A stretch of DNA of 64,000 nt from Candidatus Kuenenia stuttgartensis (GTDB lineage: Bacteria; Planctomycetota; Planctomycetia; Pirellulales; UBA1268): assembly GCA_945870505.1 (NCBI GenBank), contig CAMBSN010000002.1, positions 10,366-74,365 of the forward strand. The letters run 5' to 3'. The position numbers and the translations under genes were made by a program. The notes beneath the pieces were generated by a model. The model saw only the letters and a program-made list of their open reading frames with translations, ran no database searches and had not been told where the DNA came from. Shown here one piece after another: positions 49,499 to 58,542 of the stretch (positions within the stretch are counted from its first letter, which is position 1; each line of letters begins with the position of its first letter).

Positions 49499-49520
49499 GA
49501 TGAGTGCACGGTCGTGGCAA

Positions 49521-51473
49521 TCAGCGGTAGTCGGTGAGCGATCCGGGATTCCACGAGACCCGCAGCGCGTTGAGCACGGCCACGACGTCGATCGCCTCCT
49601 GGAGCAGCGCGCCGGCGGTCGGCGGGAGGAGGCCCGCCGCGGCGAGCCCCATGCCGGCCACGCTCGCCACCATCCCGCCCACGGCGCTCTGCAGGGCGAT
49701 CGACCGCATTCGCGAGGCGATGTGGAAGAGTTCGTCAACTCGTTCGAGCGAGCAGTCCATGATCACCGCGCCGGCCGCCTCGCTCGTGACGTCGCTTGCC
49801 GCGCCCATCGCCACCCCCACGGTCGCCGCTGCGAGGGCCGGGGCGTCGTTGATGCCGTCGCCGACAAACACGACCGGCGCCTGACGGACCGCCTCCTCCA
49901 CGATCTTCAGCTTGCCCTCGGGCTGGATGCCCGCGTGAACCTCGGTGATCCCGACGGTGTCGGCAAGCCACTGCACCTCGCTCTCGCGGTCGCCCGAGAC
50001 GAGCATCACGCGGTCGAGCCGGTGGGCGGGGCCGAGGTGGCGGACGAACGATTGTCCGTCGGCGCGTGGCGCGTCGCGGAACCGGAGGAGCGCGGCCACG
50101 CGTCCGTCGATCACCACCACGCACTCCAGCCCGCCGGCGGCAGCGGGGAGCGCGGCGGCACCGGCTGGATCGGCAGCGGTGAGTTTCTGGCGGCTGGTGA
50201 TCGCCACCTCGTGTGGCTTCACGCCCACGCCTGGCCGCTGCACGAGGCCGGTGAGCCCGCGGCCCGGCTTCTCGGCAAGTTCCTCCACCTGAAGCAGCGT
50301 GAGGCCGCGGTCGGCAGCCGCCTGCGAGACGGCCGAGGCGAGCGGATGCTTCGAATAGGCTTCGAGGCTCGCGGCGATGGCGAGCGTGTCGCTCTCCGAC
50401 AGCGATGAGAGCGGCATCACTTCCGTGAGGTGCGGCGAGCCGTAGGTGAGCGTGCCGGTCTTGTCGAAGATGGCCGTGCGGCAGGTGTCGAGCCGCTCGA
50501 GGATGGCCGGATCGCGGATCACGATGCCCCGCTTCGCCGCCAGCGACACCGCGCCGATGATCGCCACGGGAATCGCGATCAGGAGCGGGCAGGGCGTCGC
50601 CACCACGAGCACGGCCAGAAACCGCGTCGCCGACCCGCTGAAATACCACGCCGCCGCCGCGATCGCCACGGCCAGCGGTGTATAGAAGGCTCCGAGTGCG
50701 TCGGCCAGCCGCCGCAGCTGCGGCCGCCGCTCCTCGCTCGTTCGCAGCACCTCCATGATCTTCGCATAGCGGCTGTCGCCCACCACCTTCTCGGTGCGGA
50801 TCTCGAGCGCCGCCTCGCCGTTGATCGAACCCGAGAGCACGGCCGACCCCGGCGCCTTCGCCATCCGGTAGGGCTCGCCCGTGAGATAGGCCTCGTCCAT
50901 CGCGCCGCGGCCGGCCAAGACCTCGCCATCGACCGGGCAGATCTCGTGGGGCAGGACCACGATCACGTCGCCGACGGCGACGTCGGCGAGCGGGATGTCG
51001 GTGATACCCGTGGCCGATTTGCGGTGGGCGAGCGACGGCATCCGCCGGGCGAGGGCCGCAAGCACGTCGCCGGCCCGGCTCACCGCCCGGCTCTCGAGCG
51101 CCTCGCCCCCAGAGAGCATCAGCACCACGAGCACGCCGGCGAGGTATTCGCCAAGCAGCACGCTCGTCACGATCGAAATACCGGCGAGCAGGTCGGAGCC
51201 GAACGTGCCCGCGAAGAGTTTTCTGAGCAGGTCCCAGACGAGCGGGATCCCACCGAGTACGAGCATCACGACGAGCGGCAGCTCGGCGAGCGTGAGGCCG
51301 CGGCCCGGGAACCACTGCGCGGGATCGATCGGCCCGAGCGATACCGGCCGGCCGCCAATCCCCGACCACGTGAGCACCGCCCAGGTCACGAGTGCCAGGA
51401 TCGCTCCCACGGCGATCGCCTCATTGATGGGGATCGTGGGCTTCGTCGCATGGCCGTGGGCCGGTGGTGTCAT
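49521..51473 (-). CDS. Heavy-metal-translocating P1B-type ATPase (no N-terminal HMA domain)
   Basis: Contains TGEP, CPC ([13 protein letters not shown]), DKTGTLT and [10 protein letters not shown]. It is 650 aa long. There is no GMxCxxC motif; the N-terminus is [12 protein letters not shown] followed directly by TM helices. Confidence 0.9.
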   Translation of the reverse strand: MTPPAHGHATKPTIPINEAIAVGAILALVTWAVLTWSGIGGRPVSLGPIDPAQWFPGRGLTLAELPLVVMLVLGGIPLVWDLLRKLFAGTFGSDLLAGISIVTSVLLGEYLAGVLVVLMLSGGEALESRAVSRAGDVLAALARRMPSLAHRKSATGITDIPLADVAVGDVIVVLPHEICPVDGEVLAGRGAMDEAYLTGEPYRMAKAPGSAVLSGSINGEAALEIRTEKVVGDSRYAKIMEVLRTSEERRPQLRRLADALGAFYTPLAVAIAAAAWYFSGSATRFLAVLVVATPCPLLIAIPVAIIGAVSLAAKRGIVIRDPAILERLDTCRTAIFDKTGTLTYGSPHLTEVMPLSSLSESDTLAIAASLEAYSKHPLASAVSQAAADRGLTLLQVEELAEKPGRGLTGLVQRPGVGVKPHEVAITSRQKLTAADPAGAAALPAAAGGLECVVVIDGRVAALLRFRDAPRADGQSFVRHLGPAHRLDRVMLVSGDRESEVQWLADTVGITEVHAGIQPEGKLKIVEEAVRQAPVVFVGDGINDAPALAAATVGVAMGAASDVTSEAAGAVIMDCSLERVDELFHIASRMRSIALQSAVGGMVASVAGMGLAAAGLLPPTAGALLQEAIDVVAVLNALRVSWNPGSLTDYR

Positions 51474-51483
51474 CGCAACCTTT

Positions 51484-52059
51484 TCAGCTATGCATGCGGG
51501 CGACGGGATCGCCCTGGTCGAGGATCACAGCCTCGGCGGCGGCGAGTTCGTGGAGCCGCTGGCGAACCGCCTCCTCCGGCATGAAGCCGCAGGCGAGCCG
51601 CACGTAGGTGGAGTGGTGCCTCGCCTCCGACTCAAAGAGGCTCCGGTAGAACGTGGCGAGCTCCTCATCGGCCACGTGGTCGGCGAGCACCGAGAACCGC
51701 TCGCAGCTGCGGGCCTCGATCAGGCCGGCCACGAGTAACCGGTCGACGGCTCGGGCCGGTTCCTCCTTGCGGATCAGATCGTGGAGCCGCGCCCCGTAGG
51801 AACTTGGCGCGAGCTTTCGGAACGGGGTGCCGCGCCGCTCCAGAATGTCGAGCACGAGCCGGAAGTGCTCCAGTTCCTCGTTCACGATCTCCGTCATCGC
51901 CCGGGCGAGTTCCACGTGGTCGACGTACGAGAACAAGAGGTTCATCGCCACTCCCGCCGCCTTCTTCTCGCAGTGGGCGTGATCGATGATCACGTCGTCG
52001 AGCGCGGCATCCACCTGGGCGAGCCAGCGGGGCGACGTGGGCGACTGAAGGCTGAGCAT
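51484..52059 (-). CDS. miaE: tRNA-(ms2io6A)-hydroxylase
   Basis: Contains the di-iron ligand motifs [16 protein letters not shown] and EARSCERF...ESEARHH, and has MiaE length (191 aa). Confidence 0.85.
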   Translation of the reverse strand: MLSLQSPTSPRWLAQVDAALDDVIIDHAHCEKKAAGVAMNLLFSYVDHVELARAMTEIVNEELEHFRLVLDILERRGTPFRKLAPSSYGARLHDLIRKEEPARAVDRLLVAGLIEARSCERFSVLADHVADEELATFYRSLFESEARHHSTYVRLACGFMPEEAVRQRLHELAAAEAVILDQGDPVARMHS

Positions 52060-52180
52060 CCGCGGGGATCCAGAGGGCGAGTGAAAAGTGGACGGCGCGG
52101 CGGGCTGTTGCCGCTGCCTGTGGTCAGTGGCATCATACGGCTAAGGGACTGTTCCCGCCGTTGGGCCTCCGGGGTTCGCC

Positions 52181-52588
52181 ATGATCGCCTTCGACCGTCC
52201 CGCCAGTGATTCACCTTCGCCCGTGGAAAAGAACGTGCTCGGCGGTCCGCTCGCCTCCTGCTCCCGCGAGCCGCTCACAGGATTCTTCCGGGACGGTTCG
52301 TGCCGCACCTGCGCCGACGACTCTGGCAGCCACACGGTCTGCGCGGTGATGACGAAGGAGTTTCTGGCGTTCACCGTGAAGGCGGGCAACGACCTGGTCA
52401 CGCCGCAGCCGCAGTGGGATTTCCCCGGGCTCATCGCCGGGGATCACTGGTGCCTGTGTGCAGCGCGGTGGCTCGAGGCGGCCAAGGCCGGCCATGCGCC
52501 CTTGGTGGTGCTCGAGGCGACGCACGAGAAGGCGCTTGAGATCGTGCCGCTCGAACTCCTGAAGAAGCACGCCGCGGACCCGGCATGA
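52181..52588 (+). CDS. DUF2237 family protein
   Basis: Contains PLTGFFRDGSC, GSHTVCAVMT.EFL.F and DHWCLCAARW, the conserved Cys pattern of DUF2237. Confidence 0.85.
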   Translation: MIAFDRPASDSPSPVEKNVLGGPLASCSREPLTGFFRDGSCRTCADDSGSHTVCAVMTKEFLAFTVKAGNDLVTPQPQWDFPGLIAGDHWCLCAARWLEAAKAGHAPLVVLEATHEKALEIVPLELLKKHAADPA

Positions 52589-53352
52589 CCGACTGGCCGC
52601 TCGCTGCCGCCGTGGCGGTCGTCGCCGCGGTCTACGCGTCGGTGGGTCACGCCGGGGCCACGGGCTACATCGCAGTGATGACGCTCTGGGGGCTCGCGCC
52701 GGAGGTGATCCGGCCGACGGCGCTGCTGCTCAACGTGATCGTGGCGACGATCGCCACCGTGCAGTTTGCGCGGGCCGGCCACTTCGATCGCCGGCTGTTC
52801 CTGCCGCTCGTCGTGGCGAGCGTGCCCGCCGCGGCCCTCGGTGGCTGGCTCACGCTGCCAACCGCTGCGTTCGAGACGATGCTCGGCATCGTGCTCGGCT
52901 TCGCGGCGGTCCGGATCGCGATGGAGGCGATCGGATCAGGTCGTGCCGTCCGCGGCGGCGAACCGGAGCCGGCGTCGCGACTACCGAGCGACTCGCTCCA
53001 GAGGTCGGCCGCGCTCGCGGGGATTGGCGGCGCGGTGGGCCTGCTCTCGGGCCTGACGGGCGTGGGCGGGGGTGTGTTTCTAACGCCGCTCCTGCTAGCG
53101 CTCCGCGCGGCTTCTATCCGCACGATTGCCGCAACGTCGGCTGCGTTCATCCTCGTCAACTCGCTTGCCGGCCTCGCTGGCGGCCTGGTGGCGGGCCGCA
53201 CCGTGCCGCTGCCGGGGCTGGAGCTCGTGGCCGCCGCCGCGATTGGCGGCGCGATCGGCTCGCACCTCGGCGCCTTCCGGCTACCGGTCACCGCGATCCG
53301 GCTCGTGATGGCGGCCGTGCTCGCAATCGCGAGCGCGAAGTCGCTGCTGTGA
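52585..53352 (+). CDS. TauE/SafE-family anion (sulfite) exporter-like membrane protein
   Basis: About 255 aa with 7-8 TM helices. It has the duplicated GxGGG-type motif (GLTGVGGGVFLTPLL). ATGA overlap with the DUF2237 gene. Confidence 0.85.
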   Translation: MTDWPLAAAVAVVAAVYASVGHAGATGYIAVMTLWGLAPEVIRPTALLLNVIVATIATVQFARAGHFDRRLFLPLVVASVPAAALGGWLTLPTAAFETMLGIVLGFAAVRIAMEAIGSGRAVRGGEPEPASRLPSDSLQRSAALAGIGGAVGLLSGLTGVGGGVFLTPLLLALRAASIRTIAATSAAFILVNSLAGLAGGLVAGRTVPLPGLELVAAAAIGGAIGSHLGAFRLPVTAIRLVMAAVLAIASAKSLL

Positions 53353-53391
53353 CATACGAACAAGGTGCCAGCCACAACACCGGGAAATCTC

Positions 53392-53495
53392 TCCAGAAAG
53401 CCGACCGGCCGCGAGGCCGCGGGCGAACCACGCTGGACGCGGCATCTGGTGGCGGCGCGCCCCACGCCTCACGGCGTTGGGCTTGTACAAACGGA
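53392..53495 (-). repeat. Family-B intergenic repeat, inverted copy
   Basis: The reverse complement reads ...caagcccaacgccgtgaggcgtggggcg...gcgtccagcgtggttcgcccgcggcctcgcggccggtcggctt, which matches 59951..60050 by eye. Confidence 0.65.
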
Positions 53496-53521
53496 CGCGG
53501 GAGAATCGAGTGTGACTCGGC

Positions 53522-54076
53522 TTATCCAACTCCGGCCTCGCCGCGAAGTTGATCGAGGAGGCCGGATGTGCCGTGGCTGTCCGTCCAGCGGCGAATGTAG
53601 GCCCAGTCGAGCGTCGAGCCTGACACGGCCAACAGGTTCACCACGTCGTCGAGATCCTTACGACGGGCCCAGCGGAGTTTCTGGATGACGACATCTTCTG
53701 CAGTAGCTACCCACGCTTCGCAGCGACAGTCGGGGACGTGCTGCCTGCGCCGGCGTGCGAATCGCTCCCGGTGGTGCGGGTCGTCGCCGAGCCGAAATAC
53801 CTCGATGTCGAAACCGGTCGGGCGAAAGTGGACGATGTTCCGCACGCTGCCCGTGAAGCCCTCCATCATCATCTGCCGATCGAGTGCGAACTCAGCGCCG
53901 AGCCGCTGGCAGAACTCGACGATGTTGAATGCCCCGAACTCGATCACGACGTCGGCATCGTTGGTGGCACGGGGCACGCCGTAGAGATTGCTGGAGTAAG
54001 CGCCCACGAGCATGTAGCCGACGCCCTCTCGCTCGAGGGCTTCGATCAGCCGGGCGACCGCCTGCTCGCTCGTCAT
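53522..54076 (-). CDS. Minimal nucleotidyltransferase (Pol-beta superfamily) domain protein
   Basis: VGAYSSNLYGVPRATNDADVVIE fits the G[SG]-x(9-13)-DxD NTase motif. It has a C-terminal helical region (EDVVIQKLRWARRKDLDDVVNLL). The start at MTSEQAV overlaps the upstream stop as ATGA. Confidence 0.65.
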   Translation of the reverse strand: MTSEQAVARLIEALEREGVGYMLVGAYSSNLYGVPRATNDADVVIEFGAFNIVEFCQRLGAEFALDRQMMMEGFTGSVRNIVHFRPTGFDIEVFRLGDDPHHRERFARRRRQHVPDCRCEAWVATAEDVVIQKLRWARRKDLDDVVNLLAVSGSTLDWAYIRRWTDSHGTSGLLDQLRGEAGVG

Positions 54077-54330
54077 AGGTCGGCGACCGGCGTGAACACG
54101 CCGCGATCCTCGCGCTCCCGGAGGACCTGCAACTGCCGGCAAAACTCCGCGCCGATCTCGGCGTCGGACCAGTCGGGATGACCCGACCGAATGCCCGCGA
54201 TCATGCGGTTCCTTGCGACGTCGAAGAGACGGGCCCCCGCGGTGAGCTTCAGGCCGGGATCCATGTGCCTGGCCTTGGCGGCCTTGTCGCGAAAGATCGA
54301 TTGCTGCAAAGCGGATTCATTCGAGTCCAT
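54073..54330 (-). CDS. Small protein (85 aa) translationally coupled to the nucleotidyltransferase
   Basis: The ORF has protein-like composition (MDSNESALQQSIFRDKAAKARHMDP...EFCRQLQVLREREDRGVF). I recognise no motif. Its stop overlaps the NTase start. Confidence 0.5.
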   Translation of the reverse strand: MDSNESALQQSIFRDKAAKARHMDPGLKLTAGARLFDVARNRMIAGIRSGHPDWSDAEIGAEFCRQLQVLREREDRGVFTPVADL

Positions 54331-54528
54331 GACGCACCCAGTCGGACGAGTCGTTCCTCTGTCGAGCATAGGAGCGGTTTTCCATCGACGTCAACGGTGT
54401 GCCCTACGTCGGTTCATGAGACCTCCAAAGGGTCAGGATAGGAACGGTCAACGGCACTTTCGCGAGCGTTTGACCGGGGACGAATCCCACCATAACGGCC
54501 GCACGCCTTGCGGATGGAAACCCGAGGG

Positions 54529-55062
54529 CTACCGCGCAGGCTCTTGGCCTGCTCCGGGAATCGACCCGATCGGCAGAAACATCGGACGCGGCGTGGGACG
54601 GCTGAGCAGTGCCCCAGCCTCGACGACCAACTCGAAAAACCCGAGGCGCGCGTAGAACCCCATCGCCTCCGAAAGCGCATCCACCACTACGCCGACGCAC
54701 CCAAACCGGCGTGCCATCTCCCGGGCCATTTCCAGTGCGAACCGCACGAGCCGTGAGCCGATTCCGTGTCCCTGGTGGGTTGTGGCGACGGCCAGCCTTG
54801 CCAGACGAAGAACTGGTAGCGGATAGGCCGGCAGTTGCTGTCGCTCACGACGCGGCAGGCGGTTGATCACCATTGATCCGGGTGCGATCGTGACATAGCC
54901 AACGACACGGCCAGCGGACGACGCCACGTAGGTCACGCCGACGTGGAGCCGGAACTGGTTTTGCCCCGCGTACTTGCGAAAGAAACGGTCGAGTTCCACA
55001 TCTCCCGACAAAAATGACGACCGATCGTCATCCGGCCGCAGGGGCCGGATTTCAATCTCCAT
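54529..55062 (-). CDS. GNAT-family acetyltransferase toxin (TacT/KacT/ItaT-like)
   Basis: Contains FLSGDVELDRFFRKYAGQNQ (the typical N-terminus of GNAT toxins), LARLAVATTHQGHGIGSRLV (acetyl-CoA motif A) and FY.RLGF. It overlaps the upstream RHH gene by 11 nt. Confidence 0.85.
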   Translation of the reverse strand: MEIEIRPLRPDDDRSSFLSGDVELDRFFRKYAGQNQFRLHVGVTYVASSAGRVVGYVTIAPGSMVINRLPRRERQQLPAYPLPVLRLARLAVATTHQGHGIGSRLVRFALEMAREMARRFGCVGVVVDALSEAMGFYARLGFFELVVEAGALLSRPTPRPMFLPIGSIPGAGQEPAR

Positions 55063-55324
55063 CGAAGAGGGCCTTCATGGCGGGCGTTGGTGGCTCCGCT
55101 CGCTCGATGCGGCGCACCACGTCCTCGCCTACGGCGCGAGAAAGCTCGATCACAGGGGGCACAACGACGTCGGCCGGCAACTCCTCAAGCGCGGCGAGGT
55201 GATGAAGAATGGCAGTTTCGATGAGGTGTGATTTTTTGACGCCGTGCTGCCGCGCAAACCGCTCCAGTCGCTCCCTCGTTGTGTCGGCGATGACGGCGGA
55301 AACCTGCGATACGCCCGTTGCCAT
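55052..55324 (-). CDS. Ribbon-helix-helix antitoxin partner of the GNAT toxin
   Basis: It is 90 aa long. The RHH-like N-terminus is VSAVIADTTRERLERFARQHGVKKSHLIETAILHHL. Position and overlap are typical of RHH/DUF1778-GNAT modules. Confidence 0.8.
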   Translation of the reverse strand: MATGVSQVSAVIADTTRERLERFARQHGVKKSHLIETAILHHLAALEELPADVVVPPVIELSRAVGEDVVRRIERAEPPTPAMKALFDGD

Positions 55325-55502
55325 GACTCACTCCTGCGGCCGAAGGTGCACACCGAAAAAACGAACGCGAGCATCCATCCTACGAAAATGTAGATTCTCC
55401 GGCAACGATGAATAGCACGGAAACGGGCGTTCATTGAGCCGTTTTTCGCCGTCGGTGCGCACCCTCCTCGCATCGGGCCGGCGGGCGGCCGACTGCGCAG
55501 TA

Positions 55503-55832
55503 TTAGTGGGATGCCACCTTCGAAAACAGGTTCAGCACCACCACGCCGGCCACGATCAGCGACACCCCGAGCACCGCCGGCGGGTCGAGCTTCTCGCCGA
55601 AGGCCAGCCAGCCGATCAGGGCGATCAGCGTGACGCCCGCGCCCGACCAGATCGCGTAGCTCACGCCCACCGGGATCCGCTCGAGCGTGAACGAGAGGAA
55701 GACGAACGCCACGCCGTAGCCGGCGAGGACCATCAGGCTGGGGCCAGGCTTCGTGAACCCCGCCGATGCCTTCAGGAAACTCGTGCCGACAGTTTCGGCC
55801 ATGATCGCGATCGCGAGATACATCCAGTGCAT
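55503..55832 (-). CDS. SMR-family small multidrug-resistance transporter (EmrE/QacE-like)
   Basis: It is 109 aa with 4 TM helices. It contains the essential Glu context AIAIMAETVGTSFLK, plus YAIWSGAGV. The start was chosen at MHWMYL. Confidence 0.9.
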   Translation of the reverse strand: MHWMYLAIAIMAETVGTSFLKASAGFTKPGPSLMVLAGYGVAFVFLSFTLERIPVGVSYAIWSGAGVTLIALIGWLAFGEKLDPPAVLGVSLIVAGVVVLNLFSKVASH

Positions 55833-55957
55833 GCCGCCAGCCTCTCCAGACCATGGCCGAGCCGCAATCGCGGCCCCTTTTGTCTGATAGAGTGTAGCCC
55901 GCACTCAGGCCGTGATATGCGGTCTGCCAAGCCCTCCCGAGAGAGTCGAATCCACGC

Positions 55958-57277
55958 ATGAAGGATGTCGCTTCCGCGCCTGGTGGCCACACGCTCGACG
56001 CGATCCTCTCCGCGGCCAGCGACGAGACGCGGGCGGCGCTCCGCACGCTCGGCGAACTGGTGGGCAACGAGCCGACGATGGTCCTCTCGCCCACGCAGTT
56101 TGCCGTCCGTCATCTCGGCGTGGATCAGCTCGACATCGCGAGCACGAAGTTCACCGGCCCGAGCACGTCGCTCGCCGTGCTCGGCAACCTCCTGCGGCTG
56201 GAGATGGAGCGGCACGCCGCGAGGGTCGTAGTCGGCTCCCCCGGCGACGGCCTGCCGCCGACCTGGTCGCAGCTCGACGTGGGCCCCGACGAGAAGGTGG
56301 CGGTGCCGGGGCGGCTGGTCGCCTTCTTTCCGGGAGGTACGCTCGCCGCGGAGCCGCTCTGCGTGGCCATCGACGACCGCCACTGGCAGCGGGAGTTTGC
56401 GATCCTCTCGTCGCAGACGGCCAAGGAGACGGCCGAGAAGACGCTCGAGTCGTTTCGGGCCCGGCTCAAGACCCATGAAAACCCGCTTCGCGGCCGGGTG
56501 CTCGAGGCCTGCGTCAACGACGGCTGCGTGCGGATCAGCGTGAGTCCGTCGATCACGAGCGAGCGGGGCGGGCTGATCCTGCCAGCAGACGTCTGGCAGG
56601 AGGTGGACGTGTTTCTCGCCTCGGCGACGAGCCGCCGCGACCTGCTCAAGTCGCTCGGCCTCGGCACCAACCGGGGCATGCTGATCGCCGGTCCGCCGGG
56701 CGTGGGCAAGACGCACCTTGTCCGCGTGATCGCCAGCGAGCTCGCCGGCCGCTACACCACGATCCTCGCCGACGCCAACGCCATGCGGCACACGATCGCC
56801 GACCTCTACGCCGAGAGCGACACCTTCGGGCCCACGCTCGTGGTGCTCGACGACATCGACCTCGTGCTCGGCCACCGCGACTCCAGCGGCACCAACACCT
56901 CGCTTGCCGATTTTCTCTCCACGCTCGACGGCGTCCGCCAGCGGGACGACATCCTCACGATCGCCACCACCAACGACCCCAAGTCGCTCGACCCGGCCGC
57001 CCAGCGGTCGAACCGGTTCGACATGGTGATCGCGCTGCCGATGCCCGACGCCACCAGCCGGGCGCGGATCCTCGAGCGGCACCTGGGCCCCCTCGGCCTC
57101 GACCTCGATCTCCACGCGCTCGCCGAGCTACTCGAGGGGGCGACGGGCGCCGACGTCAAGGAAGTGATCCGCCGGGCGGTGCTCGAGCACGGTGACCGCT
57201 TCACGCAGGCCCAGCTCGTCGAGATTGCCGAATCGGGCCGCTGGCAGGCGACCGTCAACCGGCGCAAGTACCTCTGA
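55958..57277 (+). CDS. Classic-clade AAA+ ATPase with an uncharacterised N-terminal domain of about 230 aa
   Basis: Contains Walker A GPPGVGKT, Walker B VVLDDIDL, and the second region of homology ATTNDPKSLDPAAQRSNRFD. Confidence 0.85.
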   Translation: MKDVASAPGGHTLDAILSAASDETRAALRTLGELVGNEPTMVLSPTQFAVRHLGVDQLDIASTKFTGPSTSLAVLGNLLRLEMERHAARVVVGSPGDGLPPTWSQLDVGPDEKVAVPGRLVAFFPGGTLAAEPLCVAIDDRHWQREFAILSSQTAKETAEKTLESFRARLKTHENPLRGRVLEACVNDGCVRISVSPSITSERGGLILPADVWQEVDVFLASATSRRDLLKSLGLGTNRGMLIAGPPGVGKTHLVRVIASELAGRYTTILADANAMRHTIADLYAESDTFGPTLVVLDDIDLVLGHRDSSGTNTSLADFLSTLDGVRQRDDILTIATTNDPKSLDPAAQRSNRFDMVIALPMPDATSRARILERHLGPLGLDLDLHALAELLEGATGADVKEVIRRAVLEHGDRFTQAQLVEIAESGRWQATVNRRKYL

Positions 57278-57389
57278 TTCCCCAGCTTCACTCACGCGTT
57301 TTTCACAGTTGCCGTTCTCCATGCGGACGGCCGAAAAAGGTGTCGGTGAGGCCGAGCGGCCTCGAGCGTGACCCGGCGGGACGAGCGTC

Positions 57390-58502
57390 ATGGCTAGGAT
57401 CGCGATCAGCCTCTGTGGCGAGGGCCGCGGACACGCGGCGCGGATCTGCACGCTCGTGGAGCGGCTCGGTGGCGGCAACGACTTTCTGATCGCGACCACG
57501 ACCGAGGCACTCGAGTTTCTCCGCGGTCGCTGCGGTGGTCGCGGCGACGTGCGGTTCATCGAACTCCCCGGCATCCGGTTTCGCTATGTCGGCGGTCGGC
57601 TCGACGTGTCGCGGACGGTCCTCGACGGACTCCGGTTCCGGGCGCTCGAGCTGCCGGCGCTCGTCGAGCGAATGGTCCGCGAACTCGACCGCTTCGCTCC
57701 CGATCTCGCGATCACCGACTTCGAGCCGGTGCTGCCTCGCGCTGCATCCCGGCTGAGGGTTCCTCTCGTCAGCCTCGACCACCAGCACTTCCTCGTCGCG
57801 TACGACGTGGGATCGCTGCCGTGGCATCTGCGGTGCACCGCCCGTCTGATGGGGATCGCCGTGAGGCTGTTCGTGCCGCAGGCTGCCGCGACGGTGGTGT
57901 CCGCGTTCTTTCGGCCTCCGCTTGCCGCCGGCTGGGAGCATGCCACGCAGATTGGTCCGCTGCTCCGCCGTTCGCTCCTGGCAGCGGTGCCCCATGACGG
58001 CTGCCATCTGGTGAGTTACTTCCGCCAGCACACGCCGCCAGCGGTGCTCGAAGCGCTCGCGGCGGCCGGTGTGCCGGTGCGGGTCTACGGCCTCGGCCGC
58101 CGCGATCCCGTCGGCGGCATTTCGTTTCATGACGTCGACGAGCGGCGGTTCATCGCCGACCTCGCCGGCTGTCGCGGCGTGGTCGCCGCGGCGGGTAATC
58201 AGCTGATCGGTGAGGCGATCCATCTCGGTAAGCCGCTGCTCGTACTACCCGAGCGGGCGCACGCCGAGCAGACGATCAATGCCCACTTTCTTGCCGCCGA
58301 AGGCTGCGGCGAGTTCGTGCCGCTGGAGCGAGTGGACACAGCGGCGGTGCGCGGCTTTCTCGACCGTCGCGAGACGTTTGCGGCGCCGCTCGCCACCCGG
58401 CAGGGCGGGATGGATGGTCTTCCCGCGGCGGCTCGGGCCATCGCCAACGCGATCGCTCCGGACGCCGGCCTCCGTCACGAGGAGATTCGCACGGCTGCCT
58501 GA
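57390..58502 (+). CDS. Glycosyltransferase (GT-B, MurG/MGT-like; resembles the MJ1255/TIGR00661 type)
   Basis: The N-terminus is MARIAISLCGEGRGHAARI (G-rich loop with His). The C-terminal part GNQLIGEAIHLGKPLLVLP fits a GT1/GT28-type nucleotide-sugar binding region. Confidence 0.7.
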   Translation: MARIAISLCGEGRGHAARICTLVERLGGGNDFLIATTTEALEFLRGRCGGRGDVRFIELPGIRFRYVGGRLDVSRTVLDGLRFRALELPALVERMVRELDRFAPDLAITDFEPVLPRAASRLRVPLVSLDHQHFLVAYDVGSLPWHLRCTARLMGIAVRLFVPQAAATVVSAFFRPPLAAGWEHATQIGPLLRRSLLAAVPHDGCHLVSYFRQHTPPAVLEALAAAGVPVRVYGLGRRDPVGGISFHDVDERRFIADLAGCRGVVAAAGNQLIGEAIHLGKPLLVLPERAHAEQTINAHFLAAEGCGEFVPLERVDTAAVRGFLDRRETFAAPLATRQGGMDGLPAAARAIANAIAPDAGLRHEEIRTAA

Positions 58503-58542
58503 CGCCGGCACGACGCCGACGACCCCCACCGGAGCAACGCCC

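Noticed and set aside
54470-54500. tRNA-like T-arm fragment (ccggggacgaatcccacc) as a possible integration-site remnant next to the TA islet
   Set aside because: The flanking bases do not form a T-stem or acceptor stem, no integrase is nearby, and the similarity is limited to GAATCC. I consider it chance.
55772-57115. 447-aa minus-strand ORF opposite the AAA+ gene
   Set aside because: The plus-strand frame has Walker A/B and SRH motifs. The antisense frame is Arg/Gly/His-rich.
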